Part shown: piece by piece, positions 49,105 through 61,859 of the stretch | Layout of the letters: the number at the start of each line of letters is the position of its first letter | How positions within the stretch are numbered: position 1 is the first letter of the stretch | Assembly: GCA_976551045.1 (NCBI GenBank) | Contig: CDPCPM010000213.1 | Location: 558,001 to 622,000, forward strand | Reading direction: 5' to 3' | From: Glaucostegus cemiculus | Lineage: Eukaryota | DNA: 64,000 nt | Made by a program: the position numbers and the translations under genes | The notes under the pieces: model-generated | Database searches by the model: none | What the model was told of the DNA's origin: nothing | The model's input: the letters and a program-made list of their open reading frames with translations, nothing else

Positions 49105-52100
49105 GAAAATACAAAGCTTCAGGAAAGAGAAGCATCTAGAATTAATATTGGAGTACTTTCGTAAAGTCCAGCACAGAAGCACAGACATGATAAACCAAAT
49201 GATAAGTGAAAAGTCAGATATATTAAACAGAATGTATTTTTCCTTCCAGGTCCTCTCTGAGTCAGACATGCTAGTGAATGGAAGTGGTCAGATATTGTTA
49301 CTTCCATAATTCTGCAGCTAAAATTTAGTTTTTTTCTATTAAAAAAGATTTTAGAACTGGAAAAATGTCCTCTTTCCTGAGAGTATGGTTGCATGTGTGA
49401 ACCTGCAAGAATAAACTTTACAACATAATCTTGGATCCCATCAAGACGAAAGTTCAAAGGTAATAATAAATACCCTTGAACTATATTCTTGAAGCCCAAG
49501 CAGATTTTGAGGCCCAAACTTTAACTTTTAATTAAAAGTTGTGTTGGCCAGAGAGAATGCAGCACTGTCAGAACTGCTGTCATTCAGATGAGATGATAAA
49601 GTGGGGTTTTATGAAAATTAATGTTTGAATGTAATTCACAAGAGAGGACAGATAAAAATTGACAATCGGGGAAAAGAGTGAGTCAGAAAGCAAATTTCAA
49701 GCTATAATATCTCAGTGGCATGTTTTTATAGGGTCATGTTATGAACTTTTTGTAATACCCACTGATTCAAGTCAATGGTTTCCTTGGCATTCAAATGTGT
49801 CAGTCACAGCTTTAATAAGGGTAAAAACTCTAAGGCTAGAAACCAGAAAATGTTGCATTCTAGCAAAAGGTCAGATTTTAAATGTTAATTTCTCGTTTTG
49901 CATCGGCGTGTTTCTGGTACTTATTGTTTTTGTCACAGTTGTGATGGTGGTAAATAGGCATATTTTTTACCCTCTTCTTCAGGAATCAAATCCTGAACTC
50001 ATGAAAGCTCCCCACAGGGAGGGAACAATATTTGAAAGTTAGAAAGTTTCATGCTATTTTAACCCTACATAAGAGCAGCATAGTCTGGCAGAAAGTTATC
50101 TGAACTCTTGATAAAGGAATAAATGTATCACATGGGAAGTGACAACAGGTCTTAAAGGGTGAGAAATTCATTCTTGGTCTCATGCATCAAGCATGCAGCT
50201 TGTAGCATTAAGCTGTAGAATCACATCTCTGCAGTTTGGTTCTATTGTTTTCAATGGAACCAAACTTTTAGAAGCAGTGTGAAGATTGGGAACAGTATTC
50301 AAGGGCGACTTTTTACCTTAGATGTTTTCTTTAAATGTTGAAATGATTACAGTGGCTAAATACCTTATCATTTTGGAATAGAAAGACTTCATCCTTAAAT
50401 TGTTGCTGTTTTTATATTTTAGAAGACTCTGCTGATAATGTTGCTGAGGAAATACCTTGCCTTAAACCGTAAATCATGGAATCAAAATAAACCCAAATTT
50501 TGCTTTTCAGTAATGCAGGCAGGAGAACCTCTGGCCTATTGATCCTGTTAATCCCACCAACCGAATCTGTAGAAAATCCTTCTTGCCCAATCATTCCTGC
50601 TATACTGCATTTTACAATAAAATGTGTGATACTAAGCAGCAGACAATGAGTGTTCAGATCAATGGTGCATGTTTCAAACATGAGTGAATATAACTCCCTT
50701 GTGATAGGCATTTTAGGATTAATAGTTTGAGTTGTGGTAGACTCCCTGACACAACTAACACCTGAGAACACTTTTTTTCTTGCAAGATCGTCTCATTATC
50801 TCATGTCTAGCATGTCTCTCTGCTTTTTATGAGATTCATTTTTCCCTGAAGATTATCCTGCTCTTTAGTAGAATTTTGATAGCATGGTAAAATCATACCA
50901 TGTTAGCGTTTGATGCTCTCACAACCTGCATAAATCTAATGTAAAATTGCAGCAAATGACACAGCACTGACAGCATTTGTGAACATTCTAAAAAAATGGA
51001 TATTGAAATGTGTTTAAAACATCATATTTTAAGACCAACTTATTTTCTAATTGGAGTTGTTAGAACAGTAAGATTATAACATTTTCCAGTCTTTCAAGAA
51101 AAAGAACACTGAAGTTAGACTAATTCAGATAACTGGTGAGGAAGTCCTGCTAATTTGAGTATAACTGCATTGTACCTTTGCGATTGAGCAGAGAGAAAAA
51201 GAATGAAGGTTTATCCCAAGAATTTACATGCTTTGGAAAGCAACATCTTTGGGGGAGAAAAATGATTGAAGTCAGCCACAAATGATTGTGAAGTGAGCCT
51301 CTATCTTAAGGTGAAAGTAGGCACCTCACATGTGGTTATTCTTCTGTGCAATCTCTTGTAGACTGCACATTCCTCTATCCAGTATATTTATGTATGCTGT
51401 CCAAATTGGTATATGAGCAGATGGCCATATTTTGAAAGAATATGTTGATGATATTATACCACAGTTACTGTAGCTGCCTCTTGTCACAAATGATGAGTTA
51501 CTGTATATCATTGAGGACATTTGGAAGTTATGTACTTTCAGTGCTGGGGCTGTGTGTGGTGGGGGAGACAAGGGGATGGTGTCTGAGTGTGTGTACATGT
51601 GCAAAATCAAATCTGTCAGCTTTCCAGCAAATAAACCAAACCACCTCCCTCAGCTCGCCTTTGAAAATGATGCCAGTGTTTACTAAGAATTTCCATTGTA
51701 AATGCCAGCTGCACTGATGATCAGGATAGTCTTAATCTGAAAGGGCTTTTGCTCCTATTGAAATTGATGTGAAAAGAAGTCTTGGCAGTTTCTGCATGTA
51801 CCACTGTGATGTTAGCACTGGCATACTAAAAATGAATGCCACCATTTCTTCTTGCAGTAATTCTAATTCAATTTTTATTTAAAATTTTCAGAAGAGTACT
51901 AATGTATTAAATTTGCTAAACTTGTCGAAATGTAAAGTTGCTCAAAAGCTAATCAACTTTTTCATTCATGCAATTGAAAATTTACTGCATATGCATTATG
52001 GGGAATGTATGTTGGTAGGTGGCATATCCAGGACACACATCAACTCTGATCTCATACTTGAGATCTGTCAGGATGTCTAAGTGAGCTAGTTAGACATCCT

Positions 52101-52227
52101 GACATAGCAATAAAACACTAATAATCCACTATCTGACTATTCAGAAATCTCATCTGGCTCACTGGATGTTGTTTCCCATGCTCCCTTTCCACTTGCCAGA
52201 GCCCCAGTCCACCTATATAAAAACTAG

Positions 52228-52305
52228 GTACACTTAGCAGGCCAGGCTGCATCTGTGGGAAGGGAAACAGAGCTAATATTTTAGGTTGAAGACCCTTTGT
52301 CAGTT
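52228..52305 (-). mobile_element. Penelope-derived short element, old
   Basis: acttagcaggccaggctgcatctgtgggaagggaaacagagctaatattttaggttgaagaccctttgtcag. Confidence 0.65.
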
Positions 52306-54019
52306 CCCTTGCTCCCTTTCCACACACACAAACCCCAGTTTCTGCACTCCCTTTACTTTTACCTGATTCATTGGAAAATTTATTGTATAACCATGTAACA
52401 TCTAAAATAAAAGTGAAGGTGCGTTGGGGTACTAATAAAAACAACATACAATAGTGCAGAAAATTTGCTAGTCTAGCATTGCAAATTCCCAAATGTGCCT
52501 GATTATTAGAGTTTCACTTTACTGTTAGTGTTATACTATTCAGTACCTAAAGTTCTTCATGTATTGGAGAAGGGGATGGGGTGCAGTGGGAAGATGCTGG
52601 GGAAAATTAGCTGGGTTTCCTGATCTTGCTAGCTGTCCAGGAACCCCAAATATAAAATGTCAGAAGTAGATGGCATTTCACCCCAGATCCCGCCAGCGGG
52701 TTGAATTAAAATTGCAGCCTGTGGATGACCTATTGAAGGGCAACAGGCATGTAAATCTGTAGCATGGCAAGGGGCTATCTCTTCAAGATGGGACGGAGAT
52801 GGATAAACTTAACTGAAGACAATTGATGCCAGTTTCAAATAACATACAGTCTAATGAAATTCTGCTGTGTGATTAATATTGAGTTCTGGAGGGACCAGAG
52901 AGAAGCAAACTGTGGAGAATCACCTTACTGGCCAACACTTAAAGAATTGCACTCTGTATGAACTTGGGATGTGCTAAATGCAGTGCATTATCACTGGTGT
53001 GATATAAGTTCTTTGCAATTTAGCTCTGTGCAAATCATTGTTTCAGTTCCACTGTCTGAATTTTTCAGGTCTTGAAACTCAGAAAAGTTGGTCTTGTATT
53101 GATCCAGCCCTAGTGGTCTCCTGCATTGGTTTTGACTAGTGAAAGGAGCCGGAGTGGAGTTTTTAAATCTACCCCCTTACCCTCCACCTCTGGTATCCCC
53201 ACTAATTAGCCATGGGGTCTGTTTCTTGCCAGGATATCCCATTGCTTTTGTGTGGAATGAGGAGTGTAGGTATTGTGATGCTCAAGGCATTACAAACATT
53301 ACAGTTATGTGGGACATGCTGGATGAGGCACAGGACCTTTTCCTGCCTGTCAATTCTTGTGTGATTTCAGATCTGTTGTTTGTGTCTAGAAATGTGGAAA
53401 CCGGTATTGTGAACTTGAAATTCCCAGGTTGGGGTAGGCGGTGTTGCATCTTGAGTGAGTTTACAAACTTTCTATCTAAGTTTTGTTGGTAATGGAATTG
53501 GGGGCCTCCATCTTGTGCAGATGTTGTTTGGAGATGCAGGTAGTCTTGGCTGGTGGGAATGATTTCTGGTGAAGGTGCCATCAATTCAAGTTTTCCAAGT
53601 ATCAGTTTCTTCTACAGTAGCTGTTTCAGTCAAAAGTTCCTTTACCATGTCAGCAATACACCAGCCTAAGATTCCTGAATCCCGCCATCACTACCATCAT
53701 TGAAGTGGACAATCCAAATGACATAGCAAATAATGAGTAGGGTCACATTCCCTTCAAAACACATGACATAGACCCGACAAGTTCTCCTCAAACGCACTTC
53801 CAATAGTGAAGCTAAGGCCCAGGATATTCCAGCCCCATATTTTTATATTTCAGTCCAAGAGAATTATCTGTGCTTGTACCTGTGCTAAACATGTTCAGTA
53901 AATGTTGGTCAGTTCATGCAAGAGTGTTGCTCATGCACTGAGAAAGGACCAGCTTTCTCCAAGACCTCCTATTTCACCCTCCTTGACACTTGGCTCTTTT
54001 CCAGTTCTGCCTTATTCCT

Positions 54020-54580
54020 TGGCATCTTCTGAATCCCTCATCTGCCTTCAGATTAGATTAATTCAATAATTACCTGGTGAATCTCAAAGTCTTCCTTTAT
54101 AAACAAAATATTGTCAAAAGCTCTGCCTCTCTCCTAAGTCACATCATGCCCTGTTCAACAATCATCCCTTTACTTCCTGCCTTCCATTGTCTCTTGGCCA
54201 GGAATGTTTTCATTTCAAAATTCTCACTTCTGTTTTTAACTACCTCATCCCTATCTTTCCTCTATCTTTACAACCCTCCGAGATCTCTATACTTACGACT
54301 GCAGTAATCTTGAGCATTCCTGATATTAATTGTTCTGCTATCAGCGAACATGCTTTCAGTGGCCATGTTCTGTAATTCCTACATTTATTCTTTGTCTTGC
54401 TACCTTGCTTTTCTCCTCATGCCACCCCTTAAAACCTAACCCTTTGATTAAGTTTTTGGTTGTCTGCCATAATTGTTTATATCTGGATTGCTATCAAAGT
54501 TTTGTTTCCTAATACTTTTGTGAAGCACTTTGGGATGGTTTGCTGTAATAAGGACATTGCGTACATGTAAGTTGTTGTGA
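54020..54580 (+). mobile_element. L2-type LINE 3' region
   Basis: catccctttactt...ccattg...tttcaaaattctcac...tgtgaagcactttgggatg...gtaagttgttgt. Confidence 0.65.
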
Positions 54581-56221
54581 GCCTGGACGACTTGGACTAA
54601 CAGGAAGACTGTTGACTTTAAGAAGTAAATGATCTGCCAGGGAAGGGAAAAAATATCCAAGTTACATTAGCTGTATAGTCAGCTACAGGCAAGTTCAGAG
54701 TTATTTATGTAAAAAGGGCAGGCACATTGGGACAATATTTAACATTTCTGCTATATTCCAATATGCACAGAGCATCTATCATACCACAGATAGGGCTTCC
54801 CTACCCTGAAATGGAGTCTTAATACACATTGTAAAGTTAGCATGCAGGCTGCTCTAGATTACTCCTGCCTACACAACTTTCCTTATACTCAGTGTATTAC
54901 TGGCTGGAGACCCTTCAGTGATGTACGCTCCACTTTAAGTCTTCAGTCTTAAAGTTTTGTTTTACTACTTCTTCCAATTTTCATTGCTGATATCTGAAAC
55001 CAAATGCACTGGCCAGCTGTTATAAAATGAACATTTTCTGTAGATCTTTGAGTTGTTTTGATTTTGCTTTTCACTTGTGAAGTTAACTAAACTTTACTTC
55101 ACGGTCACTTACAGATCATTCATTGGCTTCAGCTCATTGGAGCAATTATACCCCAGAAATCTACAAGTATCCTTGACACCTCTTTTCGTTTGTGCCAAAA
55201 CTTAACACTGAAAGCATAATAAGGGCTTACTCCAAATAATATTCCTCATTCAAAGTCCAGCGTATCTCTGACAGACTTTGCATATCCCCATAAGGCTCAG
55301 CAAAGGCAATACATAAACATGGGCTTAAACTGTTGCTTAGGCAACTGTGAGTGAAGCTTAGTTCCCAACAGCAGTTCGATTCAGTGTGTGGCCAGTAAGT
55401 TGCTTTTCCCATGGCTGAATTGGTTTGCTGGGGTCTCCCAAGATCTGGTTAGATTAGAAGCTTCAATGACGTTGAGGCAAGGGAAACAGGTGAAAAATGA
55501 GCAGTGGGCCAGTGCGGAGAGGAGGATGTGGCCATTTGTTTCCCCTATTCTCTTGTTGGTAATCATGAGTTACCTTTCCCTCTGTGTTAATCTCCTTTAA
55601 CAGCTGGTGTTGCTTTCTGGATTTAGCCTGAGCTCTGTTTTTCTGTAATGAGGCTGCTGCTCAGCTTCCCTGTGTGATAAAACATACCAGAAACAGACAA
55701 TGGTTGGATCTGTTCTCCACATCCTTTTTCTCTGATCCCTAAATCACTTCAGTTCAATCTTTTGGTTGCAAGTAAATGAGCCTTGTCTCATCTGACATCA
55801 GTCAGCATAAAAACCGTACTGTAGACTAGACATTAACATTTGACCTGGTTTTTCAGTGCAACTATGGACAGCCTTCTTAACCATACTGGCTAGATTCTCT
55901 GTAAGTGCAAATGTGCTGCAGGCTGTTTCTCAAGCTCACTTTGACACACACTGTCTCCTGTTCCAACTCTGTCCTTACTAGGCCCTCAGCACTTTGGAGT
56001 TCCTTATCTTTTTCCATGATTTGAAACCAAAGAAGTGTGTCATCTAAAGACTGCTTCCTGATTTATCATGTCTTTTGTCTTTTGATGCCTTTAAGTCATC
56101 TTTTTACCTAGGATCTTCAGTGTTAAGGAATGACTAACCACTTGAAGGCTTGAAGTGAGTGCCTAGGTAGAGGCTCATTCAACAAATGAGAGAGGTTTTA
56201 AATCTCAGTCAAGACCAAGAT

Positions 56222-56557
56222 AACAGTGGTGCAGCAGTTAGGGCTGCTGCCTTGCAGGTCCAGATACCTAGGTTCAGTCCCGAGTTCTGGCACTCTCCTT
56301 ATGGAGTTTGCATTTTCTACCTGTGTCTACATGGGTTGCCTTTAGGTGGTCCAGTTTCCTCCTTCATCCTGAAGACATGCTAATAGTTTCTGTAAATTGC
56401 CCCTGGTGTAGGTGTGTGACAGGAGAATTGGGAGGAGTTGATGGGTACATTACAGAAAGTAGGTTACAGGGAAGTAATTTCCGCAGTGGGACTGACAGAA
56501 ATGCTCTGAGAGCTAGCATAGATTTCATGGGCAGAATGAGTCCTTCTATGTTGTAAG
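56222..56557 (+). mobile_element. HE1-like tRNA SINE (older)
   Basis: A box gtggtgcagcagttag, B box ggttcagtccc, V-domain tggagtttgcattttctacctgtg...catgggtt...ccagtttcctcc, CR1-like tail atgggcagaatgagtccttct. Confidence 0.8.
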
Positions 56558-57885
56558 GAAGTATAGAAATAAGGGTATGGAAATGCATGGACATCTGGCT
56601 GGCTGATTCCTTCTGCAGTCAAATAGACTGATGGTGTCATTTTATATCCAAATAATGGCTACATGTGAAACACAAGAAGATGACCAGTCCCAAGAACCAT
56701 GTAACCCGCTTTAGCACAAGAGATTTATCTGTGCAGAACAGTTGACTGGTCAAGATAATTAGCAATGTATATGAAATTCCATAGTTAAAACCTTGTAAGG
56801 GAGTGACCGGGTGGATGCTGAGATTTCAGAAGCAGGGGTCATAGTCTCAGCATAAGCAGAAAACTTTTAGAAATGAGATGAAAATAGAGTTCTCACTGAT
56901 AGGAATTCTCTACTTCCAAGTACCATGGATCCTCAACCACTGGTTATATTCATGGCTGACATGAAAAGTATCAGAAAATACATAGAATTACTTTCCCAGG
57001 ACAAATGAAGATCCTTTATGAACGCTCAAATTCTAATCTGTCACAGGCCTTCACTGGCACGCATTCCGAAGCTTTACGTCATTTACTTATAACCAGTAGA
57101 TGTCATAATAATTAGTGTTGATGGAATAAATCAAATTATGAGCTTTAATCATGTGGGACTCTGGCCATTATATGAAAGCGGTAAATTAATGACCTAGATA
57201 ACTGCCTGGCAACAGTTACAGAGACGAGCAATCTGTCAAGACACTGAGCTGGCAATGAGTGTTGGTATAATTGCACTTTTGAACACAAAAGGCAAAACGT
57301 TCTGAATCTGATGTTTAAATGTCGAAGGTTAATCAAAATGGCTTTGGTGGTTTATGAATGGATGGCCTTGTTATCCCACACATGAAGGAAACCACTTGCT
57401 CTAGTTGATATATTTTACAGCCATTTTTACTGTTCTGTTACAAGTTCATTCCACAAAGGCAGTCTGCACCTAGCCAGCCTGTGGATGCCATAGAAAAAGT
57501 TAGGAATTCGATAGTGGTGGTCACGGATCATGTATAGTGGGGTTGGTTTGTCACTGATGTATGTCTGACCTCTTCTGCACACCCCTCATTTTCTTTTACT
57601 TCCAGATGCTTTGGGATTCAAACAGATTCATGGAGATTGTCACTTTATTGTTGGATTGGCTGGAGCACAACTTGCTTATATTCATTGAGTTTAGAAATAA
57701 GAAGTTGAACTCATTTGATGTATAAGATTGAGAAGGAATTAGAATGAATAGTTCTAAGATAGATGCTGAGAGACTCTACCTGATAGCTGCAAAAGGTTAA
57801 GGACTATAACCTCAGGGTAAGGGGTCAGACGTTAGGACTGAGATGAAAAAATGTGAGTAAGTACAAAGGGTTCTAAAACTTTGAT

Positions 57886-57985
57886 ATAAAAACAAAAAAG
57901 CTGGTGACACTCAAAGGGGCAGGCAGCATCGGTAGAGAGAAAAGCAGAATTAATGTTTCGGGTCAATGACCCATCATCAGAACTG
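57886..57985 (-). mobile_element. Penelope-derived short element nested in CR1
   Basis: taaaaacaaaaaagctggtgacactc...caggcagcatcggtagagagaaaagcagaattaatgtttcgggtcaatgacccatcatcagaactg. Confidence 0.8.
57947..57985 (-). ncRNA. minimal type-I hammerhead ribozyme motif
   Basis: Minus strand reads cAGTT-CTGATGA-t-GGGTC-att-GACCC-GAAA-C-ATT-AATT. Intact boxes, perfect 5-bp stem II, 4-bp helix I. Helix III palindrome decayed (ACGT to ACAT). Confidence 0.6.
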
Positions 57986-58179
57986 TAAATCTTTGGCATT
58001 TTCTACCAGAAGGAACTGTGGATACTCAGATTCAGTATATTCAAGGCTGAGATTGGTAGATTCAAGGAAATCAGAGGATATGAGGACCGGGTGGCAAACA
58101 GGACTAGAACATCCACAAGCTTACTGAATGGTGAAGCAGACTGGAGGTGCCTTTTGGCTTTTCTTGATCACGTTCTTAC

Positions 58180-58420
58180 CTGCTTCATTGTGGGTGGTAC
58201 TTTGGGATTGAGGATGACTTGCTTCCTCTCCAGTTCGGAGGTGATTGATGAGGCAAATCCAGGACTTGCAGGTTCTGCCTCTGTCTTTGACCAGGCAGGT
58301 GGTGAGCATTTTGTGAGGTGGTGGACCCTTTACGCCAAGCTTCTGTGTGTTCCTGATGCACGAGCTCAAGGTTCGCCATTCCATCCTGAATGCTTCTCCT
58401 TGCCCTCTGTTCTTCCCAAT
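58180..58420 (-). mobile_element. RTE-type LINE 3' end
   Basis: Minus strand TTCLVKDRGRTCKSWICLINHLRT resembles the RTE C-terminal C2H2 finger (C..CGR.C.S.IGL.SHLRTH). Followed by gaagcaagtcatcctcaatccc. Confidence 0.55.
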
Positions 58421-60084
58421 GTAAGTAACAATAACAAAGTGACTGGCAAGAGTTAATACATGTTCCAGATGAGTTTGGTGATATTGGTGTCAGCCTTTGT
58501 TGTTCATTTTGATCCTCTCTTTTCTCCCACTCTGCTTTATATTTCTTGCCAGCTTGGCTGGGAACAATCAGCGAACCACAGCAGGAGTATTTGACTGACA
58601 GGCTGGACTTTGAATAAAACTCAATAAATCTGAGCCCGTTGCTGATTGGTTTAATTAATGTTTGGCAATTTCATTGAGCCTTGGTTGCAATTACCAAGAA
58701 AATATTTAGATTTCTAATATTTCAGTTGTGGTTTTGAATGCAAGTTAGCAGTTATGTTCCTGTTAGTTGGAATTGGTTGAAGCTGTGTAAACTGAACTTT
58801 TAGTCAGCGCAAGGTGGCTGTCCTTAATTGTCTGTTCATCTGTGTGCGGGAAAATGCATCAAGGCAGCGTGCAATGAACTTCAGATTCAACAATGGTTCA
58901 GTGAAGTGACAGCCTCTGAGAATGTGTCTGAAGCCCAAGGTATTTGGGAGTAAAGGAGAATGATGAGGAGTGTGTGGAAGAGGTCAGGCACACAGCGATA
59001 ACAAATCAACCCCACTATACATGATCCGTGACCCATCATTGGTAAATTCCTGACTCAAATGCCCCTCTCTACGGGGGTCACAGTAACTCTAATCCTTATC
59101 CAACTTCCTGAACTGTCAACACTTATGGGAACCAACAGCAGGAAAACTGAGGGCTTGGATCATTATACAGGTCACAGTTCACATGGGAGGGTGTCCTTTG
59201 GGGCTACACCATGCAATCTCCATTTAGTGGTATGAGAAAGTAGAGCTGCAGAAAATGGTAGGGGCATGTTCATTACCAGTGAGCGAGTTGATTTACTTTA
59301 ATCCTTTAACAGGGTAAAACCAAAGCAAATTATGTTAAATAACATTATCTAATAACTGATAAAGCAACAAAGATGTTGTCCCTTATTAATTTTATCAGAG
59401 TGAGGGTAGGATTCTTTCAACAACAGAAGGAATGCTCTCCTATTTTGTATGCGTCTATTCTACTTTCAAAACACATGCTTTGTAGGAAACGTAATTATAA
59501 CACTATTAGATTATAAAGACACAAAGCTCTTTCAGTTAAAAGGAGAGGGTTTGGGGGCACACGTGTGGATCATTAAAACAGCTGATGTGGCGCACGTCTG
59601 CTGATACCAGTGCCATTCTGTTGTTTCCAGTTTGACCTGCTCTTCTGGGTAAAGAGCATTTGTTGGAAAGTAATGGGGCTGCCATTTTAAATATGAAAAT
59701 TGGATCTTCATGATGTCATTGAGTTGACTGTAACGCTCAGAGTAAGGACTTGAACGGGAAGCAAATTTGAGCCCTTCCTTGAACCACTGACACCCGTGGT
59801 TTCCACCTCACAAGTTTCTCTCCTTTACGTGAAGCCCACCCCACTTCACCCCTCCACTTTGCTGAGTGCCAGAGACCGCTTCTTTGATGCCTCACCAGTT
59901 ACACAAACCTCAGTGCTGCTAACGCAATGTTGCCCCAAGCAGGTGTTGGGGTGGGGTGGCAAAGGGTTAAAATCCCTGCCTCACACTGGGTAGTGCCACT
60001 CTGTGCTGTTGGCCTCCTTCTGCAGTGTCTGTTTTACTGTTCTTTCACCTTTGCGGTAGTGTTGTATGGTATGTAGCAACATGC

Positions 60085-61146
60085 ATTCATAGATCAATGC
60101 AGCACAGGTACAGGCCCTTGAGTCCATCCAGTCCATGCTGACCATGGTGTCCACCCAGCTAGTTCCAACTTCCTGCATTTGGCCCATATCCACTAAGCCC
60201 TGCCCCTCCATGTACCTATCTTTAATGATACCATTGTACTTGCCTCAACCACTTCCTCTAGCAGCTCGTTCCATATACTTACCACCCTCTGTGTGAAAAA
60301 GTTGCCCCTTGGGTCCCTTTCAAATCTTTCCCCTCTCGCCCTGAACCAATGCCCCCTAGTTCTGGACTTCCCTGCCCTGGGGTAAAGACTGTTACCATCC
60401 ACCTTATCTACGCCTCTCATAAGGTCACCCCCATTCTCCTACATTCCAAAAAACAAAGACCTAGCCTGGTTAATTTCTCCCTATAACTCAGGCCCTCTAG
60501 TTCTGGCAACATTCTCATAAATCTCTCCTGCACTCTTTCCAGTTTAACCATGTCTTTCCCATAACAGATGACCAAAACCTTACACAGCACTCTAAGTGTG
60601 GCCTTACCAATGACTTGTGCAACTGCAACATAATGTCCCAACTCCTCTACTCAGTGCCCTGACTGATGAAGGCCAACATGCTAAATGCCTTTTTCTCCAT
60701 CCTGTCTACCTGTGATGCCGCTTTCAATGAACTATGCACTCATACTCTCAGGTCTCTTTGTTCCATTACACTCTCTAGTGCCCTACATAGTACAAGTCCT
60801 GCACTGGTTTGACTTTCTAAAATGCATCACCTCACACTTATCTGTATAGAAATCCATTTGCTACTCCTTGGCCCACTTCCCTAACTAGTCAAGATGCGTC
60901 ATTTGCAAACTTACTGATCAAGCCTTGTCCATTAGCATTGAATTCATTTATATAACTAACAAATAACAAGGCTCTCAACACCAACCCCTGCAGCACACCA
61001 TAACTCATCGGTCTCCATTCTGAGAACAACCCTCAACCATTGCACTCTACTTCCCAGCTCTGAGCCAATTTTGAACCTACCTAACCAGCTCTCCCTGGAT
61101 TCCATGGAACCCAACTTTCCAGACCAGCCTACCATGTGGAACCTTT
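60085..61146 (-). mobile_element. CR1 LINE, about 1.06 kb 3' portion (longest LINE piece in window)
   Basis: ORFs 60417-60641 (YGKDMVKLERVQERFMRMLPELEGLSYREKLTRLGL) and 60193-60420 (SRTRGHWFRARGERFERDPRGNFFTQRVVSIWNEL) are CR1 ORF2 motifs. Confidence 0.92.
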
Positions 61147-61242
61147 ATTTACATTTCATATATAAATAAAATGCCTTTAGCTGCAATCCTTCAGAATTTT
61201 ATTATCCTGTCACGAATGATCACTTTAGAATAATTTTTTTTA

Positions 61243-61411
61243 AGCAACAAGCAATCTGCTGGAGGAGCTCAGAGGTGTGAGTTGCATGAGGATTTCAACT
61301 TGCAACATCGACAATTCCTTTCCTCCCACAGATGCTGCTCGTACCTCTGAGTTCCTCCAGCAGATTGTTTGTTGCTCCAAACTCCGGCATCTGCAGTCTC
61401 TTGTGTCTTCA
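61243..61411. mobile_element. Penelope-derived fold-back element
   Basis: 33-nt inverted arms at 61243-61275 and 61344-61376. Family terminus ggcatctgcagtctcttgtgtc. Confidence 0.85.
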
Positions 61412-61859
61412 TCTTTTTAAAGTCTTCATTTCTTGAAAATCTCATGGTTAATTGACTTGGTGTCTGTAATCAACATAAGTCTGAGCAGCAGTATACAAGT
61501 CCATTTTAAGAAAGTTGAAACGTGGTTCACGTTAACTGAACCAGACAATGGAATATCTATCTAGTCTTAAGGCTCCATATAAACACAAGCAACAGATAGG
61601 TAATTGCTGATTTAAATTATAGAATTTATTCTTCCAATTAGCAATTATGCCTCATGCTCAAAGTCAGGAGGATTGGGTCATCAAGACTTGACCTGGAATA
61701 TGTGGCTCCTTCCCAGAACATTCCCTCAAAAGATTAAGAATCACCAAATCACTATTGGAGCACCGTAATGTTTTTGTGGTTTGTGAACAATTTGGAGATT
61801 TGTTGTTTCATTGCCCTCTCAAATGGTCTGATGCACATTTTGCTTCTTTTTCCTTTCAG

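Larger units (their letters stand above)
57655..58175 (+). mobile_element. degraded CR1 3' fragment hosting a Penelope-derived insertion
   Basis: attcattgagtttagaaataaga...taggactgagatga before the insert; gtaaatctttggcattttctacc...tatattcaaggctgagatt after it. Confidence 0.65.

Noticed and set aside
53139-53330. Harbinger transposase relic (GYP...EECRY..A...T); similar hints near 46720-46890 and 10950-11100
   Set aside because: Resemblance is limited to a few residues and needs a profile search to support.
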